A DNA stretch of 63,107 nt, the filler included, from Gonapodya sp. JEL0774 (taxonomy: Eukaryota), in assembly GCA_027604505.1 (NCBI GenBank). It is 7 parts of 7 records of this genome, joined end to end, with 100 filler letters (N's around TTAATTAATTAA, not from the genome) between each part and the next. Parts side by side here need not be neighbours in the genome. Positions count along the whole stretch, not along the records: positions 9,085 to 18,052 come from JADIIX010000427.1; positions 18,153 to 27,108 come from JADIIX010000428.1; 5 more parts are not named here. One strand, given 5' to 3'. The notes under the pieces are model-generated. The model did no database searches and had not been told where the DNA came from. It was given only the letters and a program-made list of their open reading frames with translations. Position 1 is the first letter of the stretch; the number at the start of each line of letters is the position of its first letter. The position numbers and the translations under genes were made by a program. Shown here piece by piece: positions 11,700 to 23,385 of the stretch.

Positions 11700-13311
11700 G
11701 GCCGCGCAGCAGCGCTTCATGGTCGAACATAGTCTAAGAGAACCTCCTGAAGCAGCTGTCAGCCAGTGTCATTCCCTACCAGGATGCAAACTCACCTTTG
11801 GAATCTTATTCAGAACGGCATAGAGTTTGTTCCAATTGGATAGATAGCCAAAGCTTCTCTCAAAGCTATCCTCGCTGTTGGCTTCAACAAACTCGTTGTA
11901 GGCCTCGGCTACGCACTAGTGAAAAGGTGTGGGAAAGGAAAAATAGTTGTACTCAGTTATCTATGTGTTGTTTCCCATTTGTGACCTTGCAAATGAACTT
12001 ACCTTAACTTTTGAGTGGCTCACCCTCACAGGCTTGCGCTCCTCACTAGTTAAGTTGCGCAACGGTGGGAGATTGCGGGTGGGTGATCCATGGTACCACC
12101 AAGTCCAAGCCTCCTTTGCTGACGAAGGAGCTGAGAACCTGATGACGCTCTGTGGGCCGGAAGTGGCGGAATGACTTGATTGGTTTGTTGCTGCCCCCGA
12201 ACTTGAACCATTGGGGACGTGCTCCAGCCCAATGCCTCCTGCAACTGCTTCTGCTGCAGATGCCCCTCCTTCCCCCACACCTGAGGCAGGCTCCACGCGT
12301 GAGGTTGCTGGTGTGGGTACTGCGTGAGCTGCAAGAGCCGTGAGGGCAGCAGTCGCTGCTGATGTGAAAGTGGGTGCGGCAGGGATGAGCATCCGAGCGA
12401 GGTCGGCCAGGGGTTGCAACTGGGCAACAAGGTCGTTGCGCACAAGCTGAACGTAGCTACTTGTAACTTGATTGACGAGGGTAGCTGACGACAGTTGACC
12501 TCCCCAGTTTTCATTGAATTGTGGGACGTGGTGTGGTTGAAAACCTTGGTTCGACATCCCCCATTGCTGCTGTTGGAAAGGAGGACTGCTGTGAGTTGGG
12601 AGGCCCATCGAGGTCTGCGCACACGGTATCTGGGGGGATGGTTGAGGTCCAAAAGATGGTGTACTGGCATGTTGGAACTCCGGTGTCGGAGCTGACATCT
12701 CGGGGGGAACTGCAGAATACGCTGCTTGCCCGCTCGATGGTACTGGCCCAGATTCTGGCTGAATCTGAAGAAGAGTTTCAGGGGTGGCTTGCGATGAACA
12801 GAGGCGTGGAAACACTCACCAACTGCTCCAATGAGTGCGATCCCACAATCCCCATCGGCTGCTCCACCAGCGTGAGAAGCTGGTCGGTATCCAGAGGACG
12901 CAGATACTCGGCAAACTTCCGTCTTGTATTGCTATTGTTACTGCTTGTGGGGAGCCCGATGGCGTTGCGGTGCTACAAGCTGTCCCGAGTGATGATTGCC
13001 CTTCGAATGGGTCTTTTTGGGGCAGTTCTGGATCCAGACGCCACAGCAAATCTCTGACTTTGGCGTGCGGCGAGCTCAGAAGGCTCCGTCGGGACTGTGA
13101 ATCCGGTGATGGGAGGCTGTTGTTGCGGCCGTTGTTGAGTTGTGAGCGGCGATTGGGACGAAAAGACCATTGTCGGGGGAATCGACGCCCCCCAGTTGCT
13201 TGGGAAGGGAATCGGACCAAGATTCGGCGAGAAAAAGACGTTGCTGTTTTGATTGCTGGTAGCGGGAAAGTTGGGAAAGTGGCCCGTGCTTTCCCATCTG
13301 GTAGTCATCAT
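11700..13311 (-). pseudogene. GCR1_C-like DNA-binding domain gene (Crypton-associated), with an in-frame stop
   Basis: FSAPSSAKEAWTWWYHGSPTRNLPPLRNL fits the GCR1_C pattern (P-x-T/S-V/A-x-x-x-W-x-x-W-x-x-G...PPL-x-x-L). A long Q/P/S-rich N-terminal region carries a premature TAG at 12973-12975, and the frame continues to a splice donor. The 3' end is approximate. Confidence 0.55.
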
Positions 13312-14199
13312 ATATTACAAAACACACTCAAAAAAATCCACGAAATCGTCACAAAGCCCCCGTACCGCCAATATCTCCCTCCCATCAATCAATTCGTCGA
13401 TTGCGTGGCCTCCCCGGCCTTCTCGGCGTCTCTATTGTCGTCAAGGGTTGCCACGTCCCTGTTCACAACAGACTCCGCTTCTCTCGCACAAATGGACTTC
13501 TTTGGAGGCCTGACATCGAAAAAAAAGTGTGATTGGTAGACTGAGGTGGGATTTGATGGAAATCGAGTGGATTATGCTGTGTGTGCCAGCAGCATTGGTT
13601 GGGATCCCGAGAACCAGCGGCGCTTTCATCAATTCAAAGAATGCACACCAAATTTATATACGCGATGGACGTTGGATTGATTTACTGAAGTCGTCATGGG
13701 TCTCAGGCTTGTGGAACGTCCACATTTCGATCTCAGATAATAGGCAATTTGAAACTGCACAGAAGACTCTGAAGGACCAAACAACGGCTTGTTTTTCTCA
13801 ATTCGAATGAACTTACTCTGGTGAAGTCAAATGATGCCACTGGGAAGACGAATGAACCGACCTTGCAAACCATAAGAGAAATGATGGACTACAGGCAGGA
13901 ACTGGAGAGCCATTAAAGTGCAACTTCAGAACAGTGTACCTCCATTCTTGTTGCTGGCAGGCCTCCCTTCACAGCTGCCAACAACTGCCCCTTGTGTTCC
14001 CTGTATCCCCCTCCTAGTCTGAGCCAAACACCACCACCTATTTGACTAGTGTAGCAGGGCTGACACTGGCAACAGTCGAAAGTGAAGGAAGAGATGTGGG
14101 GTATGATTGTATATTTGTAACTATCTGTCTATATATAAGAGAATGCCTTGAGGCCACCCTCAGACCCCCAGTGTCCTGTGGGATGTCAATACCACAACA

Positions 14200-15300
14200 C
14201 TAGAAGTCTTGATGAGGTGCATAAGGATTGGACAGATGTGGTGTTGTGTGGGTACCAGGCAGTGGAATATGACCCACAAAACTGGGGACACACTGCAAGG
14301 ATTCACCAAGGTATGGTTTTATGCCCATGTGGGTGTTCAGCCCACTGTGACCCTTACTGTAGTCCTGGTCTTCCTTCACTCACCCACCATGGCCCTGCTC
14401 CTTCAGTCCTTCACCCAACCTGCCGCTATGATCCCAGTCTTGCACCTGTCCCTCTTAATCAGAGCTTAGCCAAGTCAAGAGCTCAAATGGACCCTGCTGT
14501 CACAAGTACAGATAGAACTTATGCTTTTCTGACTGTCAAGAACCAAGCTGCAGAATTGGAATGTTGCACAAGGCGGATATACAGGTGCTCTTTGACACAC
14601 AGCTGAGATAAATGCACTATGACTTTTCAACAGTGGACTTGAGGGACTAGAGTCTCTTCATACTTTAGTGGTATTGGCGACTTGCTCTTTAGAGGCGTTA
14701 GACTTAGGAGATGACAATTTCCTTTAATAAATCTTGATAACCTTATGTAGTACCCCAATCCACCTCTGTTAGACATGTGTGGTGTGTGTTGTGTGAGTAT
14801 ATTTGTACAATAGCCACTGCACACAGATGAGTGCACAAGCTGCCCATTGGTCACTGAGCAGGTTCACAGAGGGAAGCTAGCAAGCAAGGAAACCCTGGCA
14901 GAGCAGAGTGGGGAAAGCTTTCTGTGACCAATCTCACCCTCATTTCCCCCAATTTTTGGTTGCATAGTGTACCCACAACAATGCTTGATTGCAAACACGA
15001 TAGTGGAGCATGTACAGTAGCAAACCACAGCCTCTACTTTCTAAACCTGTAGTTGTGTGATGTCCTGTACCAGACTGGACCTGTAGATGTAGGATGGATG
15101 TATGGTGTCTAGCCACTCATGTTAATGTTGCTGACATTATGACCAAGCCCAGACCGAAGTAGTCCTTTGAGCAACATCGATCATCAATGGGGATGTATTA
15201 CATGGCTACTTGAGATAATGGGAAACTTAACACTGAAGTGTTCTTTTCAGGGGGAGTGTTGAGATATGTTTGACATTTTGGACAGCTATAGCACCACAGG
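14200..15300 (+). mobile_element. Degenerate Ty1/Copia LTR retrotransposon, RT/RNase H end with PPT and 3' LTR start
   Basis: NVADIMTKPRPK*SFEQHRSSMG (Copia RNase H C-terminus, near 15123-15195). AGGGGGAG polypurine tract is followed immediately by TGTTGAG at 15257. The region is CpG-depleted with many stops. Confidence 0.7.
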
Positions 15301-15506
15301 GAGTTGGAATCCGGGAATAATTGATGGAGCAAAGTTACTTGCCATAAAATTTTCTACAAGTTTGCCTTTTGGCAGTTTTTTTCTAGCATTATTGGTTAGT
15401 GATCTACATAGGGAATGTGGATAACTTGGTGGGAACAGTGCTATGGTTGTCGACTAAAGTAGATTAAGCCTTTTCTGCACTACTTGTTAGAATGAGTGAA
15501 TTGTAA

Positions 15507-16056
15507 TCACTCAATTATCATGATGCTGTAATGTTTCCCAACTGGACAAGGTGTGTAGGCTGTTTGGAGCACTTTCCAGTTGTCTTCGGCAGATTTGCAA
15601 GCATCTAACAGCCTGTCAAGGTTGCAGGACACTACTGCAAAGATTGCAACACAGATTATGCAGTTTTTGTGCTCCCATAGTGTTGTTTTGGTGCTGTTGT
15701 CTGCTGGGTATGGCTCACTCCCATGTAAGATCTCCACATCCAATGCCTAAAACTCTACTTCTGAAACCTGTCAGCGTCCTCAAGAACACCCACAGCCTTT
15801 AAAATCCATCAGACGTGATGCAGTTACCGTCAAACATGATTGAGCGTGGGGATGTGGTGTGAAATCAATAGCGAGAGAGGAAATGTCCAATTTCGCCCAA
15901 ATCCACCATCTCTTGTTCTCCAGCTTCTCAAGAATGTCCTGGATGTGTTGGGGTGGGCTCATATTCTGTTGAGCAGTCACGATTTGCTTCTTCAAACACG
16001 CTGTACGGAACAAACTAAATCTAGGTTATCTGACAACTATAGCACTCTCCCCCTGA
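15507..16056 (-). mobile_element. Second degenerate Copia element: LTR end, PBS and gag remnant
   Basis: Minus strand ...CTCAACA|GAATATGAGCCC at 15967/15966-15955 resembles the fungal Copia PBS GGTTATGAGCCC. It is followed by gag-like ILEKLENK..W and LHGSEPYP...W...CKSAEDNWKVLQTAY. Confidence 0.6.
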
Positions 16057-16088
16057 TGGTGAACACATTTTAATTGAGGTATTCTGCT

Positions 16089-16796
16089 TTATTCTTTGAC
16101 ATCAGATCCACTTGTTTGTGAACAGTTCATCTCTAAGGGGTCCAAAAAATGCCACAAGGCAACTCCATAGTTTGGTTCGCAGACTGAATAGTTTGAGGTC
16201 TCATCAAGAAAGCATTCCAAAGTCTCTGTATTCCAGGTCAAAACTTTTGTAAACAGCTGAGTCTGGTTTGCATCCACTTTCTGCTGTATCATTGTTGAAA
16301 TCACCTGCATGATAGTTTCAAAGCTCACACAAATATTTTGCCTCTGTAATTCCACTCCAATTCCCGTTCTTATGTGCTTTTGTGGCCCTGGTGGTGCAAT
16401 CACTTCGGGTTTCAAATGCCGAAAGGTATTCTCCCTAGAGATGAGATAAAGTTCCAATCCTCTCACCTTATCTGCAAAACTTTCTATTTGCTGGAGATTT
16501 GATTCCATTCTGTGACATATCAATTCACTTTGAGAACTGGGTGAGGAGCCAGAAATGAGCAATAATACACTGTGCAGCACAATATTGAGACTTGAATCTG
16601 AAAAGTGGAGAATCCCACATAACTCTGACAACAAAAACGTAGTAGAAAGTGAGTCAGAGCCAATGTACTGCTCTGAGTTTAGCTCAATCAAGATTGTGCC
16701 TTTGATGTCTGAGTCAACTGCTTCAAAAATTGATTCTGCACTTGCACAGCCAATACTGCTTCCAGCACTGTGACTTTGTGAATGCAATTTCTGCAT
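16089..16796 (-). CDS. Unassigned 235-aa ORF within the TE-rich, CpG-depleted block
   Basis: Open frame only; no motif recognised. Confidence 0.25.
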   Translation of the reverse strand: MQKLHSQSHSAGSSIGCASAESIFEAVDSDIKGTILIELNSEQYIGSDSLSTTFLLSELCGILHFSDSSLNIVLHSVLLLISGSSPSSQSELICHRMESNLQQIESFADKVRGLELYLISRENTFRHLKPEVIAPPGPQKHIRTGIGVELQRQNICVSFETIMQVISTMIQQKVDANQTQLFTKVLTWNTETLECFLDETSNYSVCEPNYGVALWHFLDPLEMNCSQTSGSDVKE

Positions 16797-16997
16797 AAAT
16801 ATTAGTTACCTCTCCAAAGGACGTAACAGTCGCAGCATTTTTGGTCTTCAAACGGTTGCAAGACTGACTCTTGGAATGATTGATTAAATGCTCATTCCTG
16901 CATGTCACATTGATTGTACAAAGTTGCGTCTTGGAATATAAGCTTCTCAAATCATTTTTATTACGGTTCCAATTTCCACTCTGCTGGCTTTCGCGCC

Positions 16998-17170
16998 ATG
17001 ACGAGCCGAGCTCGAGCCGAGCATCAGACAAAAAATGCTCTTCTGAACGAGCCACCGAACATCACATTTAGGCTCGAGTCGAGCCTCGAGCATGTGAGTC
17101 CTCGGTCGAGCTCGAGCATCTCTTGAAGCTTCGAGCTTCCTCGATCATTCGAGCATTTTTCGAGCATCTT
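16998..17170. repeat. Cluster of short (T/C)CGAG(C/T) motifs, probable hAT subterminal repeats
   Basis: gagccgagctcgagccgagc, ctcgagtcgagcctcgagc, gtcgagctcgagc, ttcgagc in several copies, just 3' of the hAT transposase stop. Confidence 0.6.
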
Positions 17171-17215
17171 GATAAATGATATTTTGTAAACCTCCATGCA
17201 TATTGTGAAGCCTGC

Positions 17216-18052
17216 CTACTCCATATCACTATCTCCATCTGTAATATCATCTTCGGATTCATAATCCTCCCATTCATCATCTTTTGGACCATCTCCTCTC
17301 TTCCTTGCTTTGGCCTTTTCCTTCCACCAGTCACCCAACAGGACAAGCTTCCTAACATTCTCAGGCTTTAGACTACTTCTCTTCTTTGTTAAAACAGAGG
17401 ATGATGCTGAAAAGAGTCGCTCTGAGGGAACACTTGTTGCAGGGATGCACAGATAATCGCGGGCCATGCGAGCAAGGTCAGGGAGCTGACGGACCTCTGG
17501 GGCATTCTAGATACAAAAGTACGTGTTCCTCATCAGCAGAAAACATTTAACACAGGTGTAGATTGAGGACTTACTCTCCAGAATTCTAAGGGATCAGTTT
17601 TATCACTACTGACTCCAGCATCACGATAAAGAGCAAGTTGGTCCACAGACTCCAAGCGCCTCTGCTTTAGGTATGGCACCCCCTTGCTAGACCATGTAAA
17701 TCTCTTCCTCCCTCCATGGCTTTCTTCCTCTATAGTGGCTGGATCAGGGTTGATGCTCTCATAGTCCCGTTGGTAAATTCCTTTGATGCTCTCCCAAATT
17801 TCATCCGAATAAGCTTCCCAACCAGGGGTTTCGAAAAACTGAAATCTCTCCCTGGGGTCTAGAACTACGATGCAAATGGTATTATGCTGAAACAAGTAAG
17901 AAGCAACAAAGACAACACACTCACATACAGAAAGAGCAAAGATTGGAGACCTGTCAGTTTTGGCGTAATACTTGTGTAAAACCTCCAGACCAGCTGATGC
18001 AGCCAATCTAATCTCAGGCAGATCTGAAGTTTCTGCCCGGTCTTCCAGGAAT
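17216..18052 (-). mobile_element. hAT transposase, C-terminal part (dimerisation domain), with introns; truncated at scaffold edge
   Basis: LHKYY, VLDPR, DPLEFWR|..PDLARMARDYLCIPATSVPSERLFSASSSVLTKKRSSL: classic hAT signature. Confidence 0.92.
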
Positions 18053-18152
18053 NNNNNNNNNNNNNNNNNNNNNNNNNNNNNNNNNNNNNNNNNNNNTTAA
18101 TTAATTAANNNNNNNNNNNNNNNNNNNNNNNNNNNNNNNNNNNNNNNNNNNN

Positions 18153-20770
18153 AACTCACCAAGACACCATCCATCTCCCCAGAGAAGCTCAACGTGATAC
18201 TCCATTCCTTCTCGAAGTTCGAGCTCGTCTGTAAGAGATGGTTCGAAATCTGTGACGGCTACGAGCACACGGTTAACCATGACCGGCTGGTCAGAGAAAG
18301 GCTGACCACCCAGTGCGAGGTAGAACTGGATCGAAGTACGTCGTGTAAGCGAATACGAGAGCACAAACAGACGTGAGATACATCCTCTTACCCGATTAAT
18401 GTTAGCTACCAACGACGATATGTTTGGTGCGGGCGCAGGAATCTGCACAGAATCTAATCCAGGGTCCATCTCCGACCGCGCAAACCGGGTCCACCGACCA
18501 CCCAAGCTTCCTTCACTCGGTGTTCTGCTCATAACCGACAAGAGCCGCGCAAGCGACCGTTGGGACCATCCGGAATTAGAGGGGGCGGCGGACCTTATCG
18601 TTGGCGTCCGGGAAACTGGCGTACTAGGACGAGATGACCCGCTGCGCGCAAGGCTTTGAAATCTTGGTCCAGCAGTGATCGCCCAATTTCGCTCGCCGCT
18701 ATTGCTACCCAAGCCCACACGTCCCACCAATCGAACAGAGGAGCCCACGTCGGTACTTTCCGCGAAACTACACGTTGCGCTGGAGTGACTGGTGTGACTT
18801 GATGTGCGGCGCGTCAACTGCCGTTCGGAAATGGCAAAACTGCGGAGGGTATCAACTTCAGGTTCGACAGTACTGTGAGAATGACGCTTCTCCATTGCTG
18901 TTGCCCCATTCTTGCGTCCTCCAAGCTTTAATGATACGCGCCAGTCTTCTTCCGCGACCTCAACATGTTTCTCTTTCTTTCGGTAGTACATAAAGAGTCC
19001 AGCGGATACGAGAAGCAGGAGAGATGGTAAGACGATTCCGAGTACAAGGCCGATGGACGGCGCGCTAGCTGGGGCTGTACTAGGAGATCCTTTCATCGCT
19101 GAATCGGTGGTGGGTTGACTGGGGTTGGAAAAGTTAAGCTGCAAGCTATTGAGGAATTTGGTGTCTGCGATATCTCTATGTGGAGTGAAATTGGAACAAT
19201 AAGGATTCCGCTAACGTTAATATTGGCACCGACAGACACTTACAGAGTATACCAGAGTGCCGTTGCTTTCAGACAACTGTCCACGGACAACGTCCCAGTT
19301 GCATTCTGATAGGTACCATATCAAGCATCCAAAAAAATAGACGCGTATGAGAATTTTCGGAGCTCCTGTCAGGATAACTGTACCACACCACTCACCACAT
19401 CAGACATGAGACATGCCCACGGAGCGTTTTTGGGCCTAACGAGCGTTCCAGTATGTCCTGTTGTGTCCACCTCGAAGGACCATATCTGGTCGAACAGTGC
19501 GTCTAAGTTCGACGTTGAAACGTCCTTGATACAAGTGACTGGATTTAGCGTTGCATAAGAAAGACACATGCCACTGCCCATTCGACGGAGTTGAGCCCAG
19601 CTTGAGTCAGCGCAAGCGATGTTGGGAGGACACTCGAGCGCAAAATTGGTCGTCGGAGGTTGCATCGACGTCATGGAACAGGACTGATTGGTGCATGCGA
19701 GGGAGTTGAAGGGATTCACCATTGATACGAGCCACAGAGATCCACCAAAAAGACCATCGGCGCGGGTGATATTGCCGGCAGTGCCACGATTCGGATTGTA
19801 CGGGGTGGAACCCGAGTCAGTGTTCGTGGGTATTGGTTGAGCTGTAAAAATTGTCACTGTGAGCTCAAGCACAACAATACTGAGTTCGAGGTGTTATGGA
19901 TGCACACAAACTGATGATGAACTCGTCGGTGTGGTTGATGCGCGCGAGGACGCTTGTAGAGAATAAGTTGGGAAAGTCGCGGAAGGTGCGAAGGTCACTG
20001 GTGGCGATGGACGGGACGACGATGGAGGGGGTGGAGGTGGAGCGGTTGGAGGCGAAGCGGGTGGAGGTGGAGGCGGTGACGGTGTTGGGGGGACTGGGTT
20101 GTCGACAACACTGACACAACCTTGTCCTGGTAACAGGCATTCAAACATGTCTCCGCATGCCACCGGATTGTATCCGGTAGAACATAGAAACTGGCAGACC
20201 CCAAAGTTGCAAATGTCTGTAGAGAAAGCAATTCCTGCATTGCAAACTGCCCCACAGGATCTGTCCATCACAAACGACCAACAATTGCAGATTGCCACAC
20301 AACGAACCAATATATTTGCGTCGACATGGCTCTTACCCGCAGTTCACTTCATCTTGGTTCAGGTCAACACAGTCGTTACCACAGAGAGTGAGATTGTCAG
20401 GGCACGGCATTGCGGCTGGCATCAATCATTTTCATAGGAATGATCGTGCAAGCAGGATTGTCGCCCAGGCATTGTACAAACCAATCGATCAGAAACGGCA
20501 GCAGAGCGGAATGCTGTAGGGAAATCACTCACCAAATCTTCCGTAACCTAGCGAACCGTGATGCTCCTTGTCATCTTCGTACTCGTCGTCGTGCTTATCA
20601 CCTTCCCGATCGCCCAATACCGGTCGACTCCAAAGAAGGCCGAGAACGAATGAGAGAAAAATACAACAGAGTATGGAGACTCTGCTCTGCAGCGGATTCG
20701 CTAATACGTTTGGAATGCCCAACCAAAAAAAGGACCAGGAGGATGCAGTTGAGACCGGTTCTCCAACATG
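18153..20770 (-). CDS. Single-pass membrane protein: Cys-rich ectodomain, Pro-rich stalk, ricin-B-like region, TM helix, cytosolic SH3 (3'-truncated)
   Basis: CPDNLTLCGNDCVDLNQDEVNCG|SCGAVC; polyproline; GMCL...DQIWSF; IGLVLGIVLPSLLLLVSAGLFMYYRKK (TM); VAVTDFEPSLTDELELREG...WGDGWCLG (SH3). The start codon is uncertain. Confidence 0.75.
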
Positions 20771-22401
20771 AGCGAGCAACAGAAACACGCATCCGGACTC
20801 AAGAGTCAACTTTACTCGAACAATTACGTCTGCTCACATTTTCGTCGTCTCATGATGGATCGCCGTTCTCAACCATTCAAGTCCGCAAGCTCAGTTCAAG
20901 TTCACGTTTAGGGCCGCCCACCTGCAGATTTCTTCTCGAGCTCCACCCCCCACAAGCAAGTATAAACATCAAAATCTTCCGCTCGCACCTGGTGGAGAGG
21001 CAGGAGCTCAAAATCAAACAAAATATGCTGTTTTTTTCGAGAGGCGAAAGTAAAAGTGCCACTGCGGTTACTCATTCATTATGACACTATGTCTAAGTAT
21101 CACGATGGAGTGCGTACTACATACTCGTAGGTAAAACGTTCCCCACAGATCATTCCGCCCACACTGAACAACGAATAAAAATTCTTCATTGTCCTTTGTT
21201 CGCCCCCATCCTCGCACTCCATTCACAGTGAGACCTATCTCCGCATGACCCTGCCATCCACTCACCAAATTGCATGTTCCGAGCTTCACCTCCTCACACT
21301 TTCGCGCGTGGAGAGACACTCGAGGAGCATACGCTTGGGATCAGCGTCAGTGGCCATTCGAGCTAGGTGTAGAACACAATGGTTGCAGACACAGCCCTCT
21401 GAAAGGCCGTGGAGGAGCGTTTGTATCAATTTTGCTCGAGTTCGTATCCACCAGACTACCATATGATCGGGCAGCCTGGCTCAGTTATAGAGCGCATCCA
21501 CGCTGGTTGGAAACGTTCACCGCCCTCCGTTCAAGATTTCGACATAAGAGACGAACCCCATGATACCTGGAGACGCTGCCACCCATTTTTTTCGGTGCTC
21601 GAAAGAGCAACAGACGCGTGGCACACCGGATCACAGAGCACCAAGAGCGATGGCAAATTGAAACGAACCAGCGATGTCCCGCCCAAGTTCACCACAACTA
21701 GCACATGGTCAGCATCCTGAGAGTGCTGCTCCAGCTATGGCGCCCCTTCCACTGCCCGTTGCCATGTCGAAAGCCCTGATAAAGGCGCGCCAAAGCCCCA
21801 ACGACTCCACCAGCGCTCCGAACAACTCCAACTACCACTATCACCACACATCGCCAAACCTTCCAGTAACGCACACGCAGATGTCACCTAGTCCAGCCAG
21901 GAGCTCACGCCGAGGAGCGGGCTCAACCGGGCAGTCATGGATCGTCCGGCATGAGGACGGAGAGTTCAAAGAGCGAGTTTCAGGGTCGTTCGAAGACGAG
22001 AGAGCAGCAAAATAACAATCGTCATGGCGGCAAGCATCCAGTACCAAGTTCAAGCATGTCGCAGTGGCGGTGGAAGGTCTTTACTCAAGGATGGGTAACA
22101 AAATCCGATCCCTCCCGAGAGAAGGCCCAGACTTGGTGCTAATCTTCGTCCGCCTTTTACGGCTGAGAGACATATGAATCTCCACAGATGTGCTATGGGA
22201 GATTCGCCTCACAGTCAAGAATAATGACGTTTGGTGCGTACGTGTAAGAACAAGTAACTCAAGAAAGTTCCGATCCGAGCTCTTCATCCTTTAAATCCGG
22301 TGTAATGTACAAATTTACAAATCAGTCCATGCAATGACCGAATCACCGAGTGTGCGTAATAGTTGATACGAAGCCAGTAGATCAAACGAATGCAACCAGT
22401 C

Positions 22402-23258
22402 TCAAAAGCCGAGCCCGACCACACCCGCCTCCACAATCCTCCGCTTCTTTTCGGCGCATTTCTTGAGGTAAGCGTTCTGGTCGTCTGCGATGAAACGAAT
22501 AGCTTGCCTGGCGAGATCCCGAAGCGTTCCTTATCGTGTGTGATTCCGTTCGCCGGGTCCAATGCGCAGTCCGCGTCCCGAAGTCAGCAAGGCAATACCT
22601 TCACACGACAAGACAGTCACTTTTTACCAACTCACGGGCCTCTTCAAACACCCGTTCCAACTCTTCCCCCTCCTTTCGGTTCTCCAAGTCCAGCTCCCGT
22701 AGCTCCTCCAACTGTCTCTCCTCGGGCACACCCACATCAGGCAAGCTCTGTATATAGAGATCGATTGCGCGCCCGTGGAATGCGATGTCTCGGGCGAGCT
22801 CAGCGACGGACTTGGGCCGGTCGGAAGTGTTGGCTCCCGGTGGGAAAATTTGCGATGGTGCGGGCCGAGAGTCGGCAGGTAAGGGGATAGAATCTACAGG
22901 AAGAGGTTGTGCGTTGCGGCGAGCTTGGTCGTAGGCGGTTTTGAGTGATATTGTGAGCTGCGGGAGTGATGCGATCACGTCCTCTTCAGTGTTGCGAACA
23001 GTCACGCCCTACTCCACCTCTAAAGCACATATCACAATAGTCTCTTCATCATTTCCTTTGAACTTTTCATCTGGTACTTACTTCCTCGACTTTGTCCTGA
23101 AGTTGTGTGAGTCGATCCATGTGACTCAAACTTTCCTTCAAGGATTGCGGTGGCAGCGTCACAGCTCCAAGAGAACTGCCGTCAGTACGTGGTGTACGCG
23201 GCGTGCCAACAGCGAAACGAGGGGTCGCGAGGTCGGCAGCGGAATCGGTCAAAGACAT
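22402..23258 (-). CDS. MED21: Mediator subunit Med21/Srb7
   Basis: MDRLTQLQD...LARDIAFHGRAIDLYIQSLPDVGVPEERQLEELRELDLEN...AIRFIADDQ matches the Med21 family pattern; multi-exon. Confidence 0.85.
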
Positions 23259-23385
23259 AAACGATTCGACAAGAAAATGTGCATCTGCAGTTCGGAAGTT
23301 GGTTGCCTATACATAGTATTCAGTTCATGTGATCCAAAACCATTACAGACAATCAAATGTAACATTTCATGTCCACTACGCTGGT

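Noticed and set aside
21400..22200. Short ORFs such as 21674-22015 as a gene
   Set aside because: Low complexity, no motif, and no convincing exon structure.
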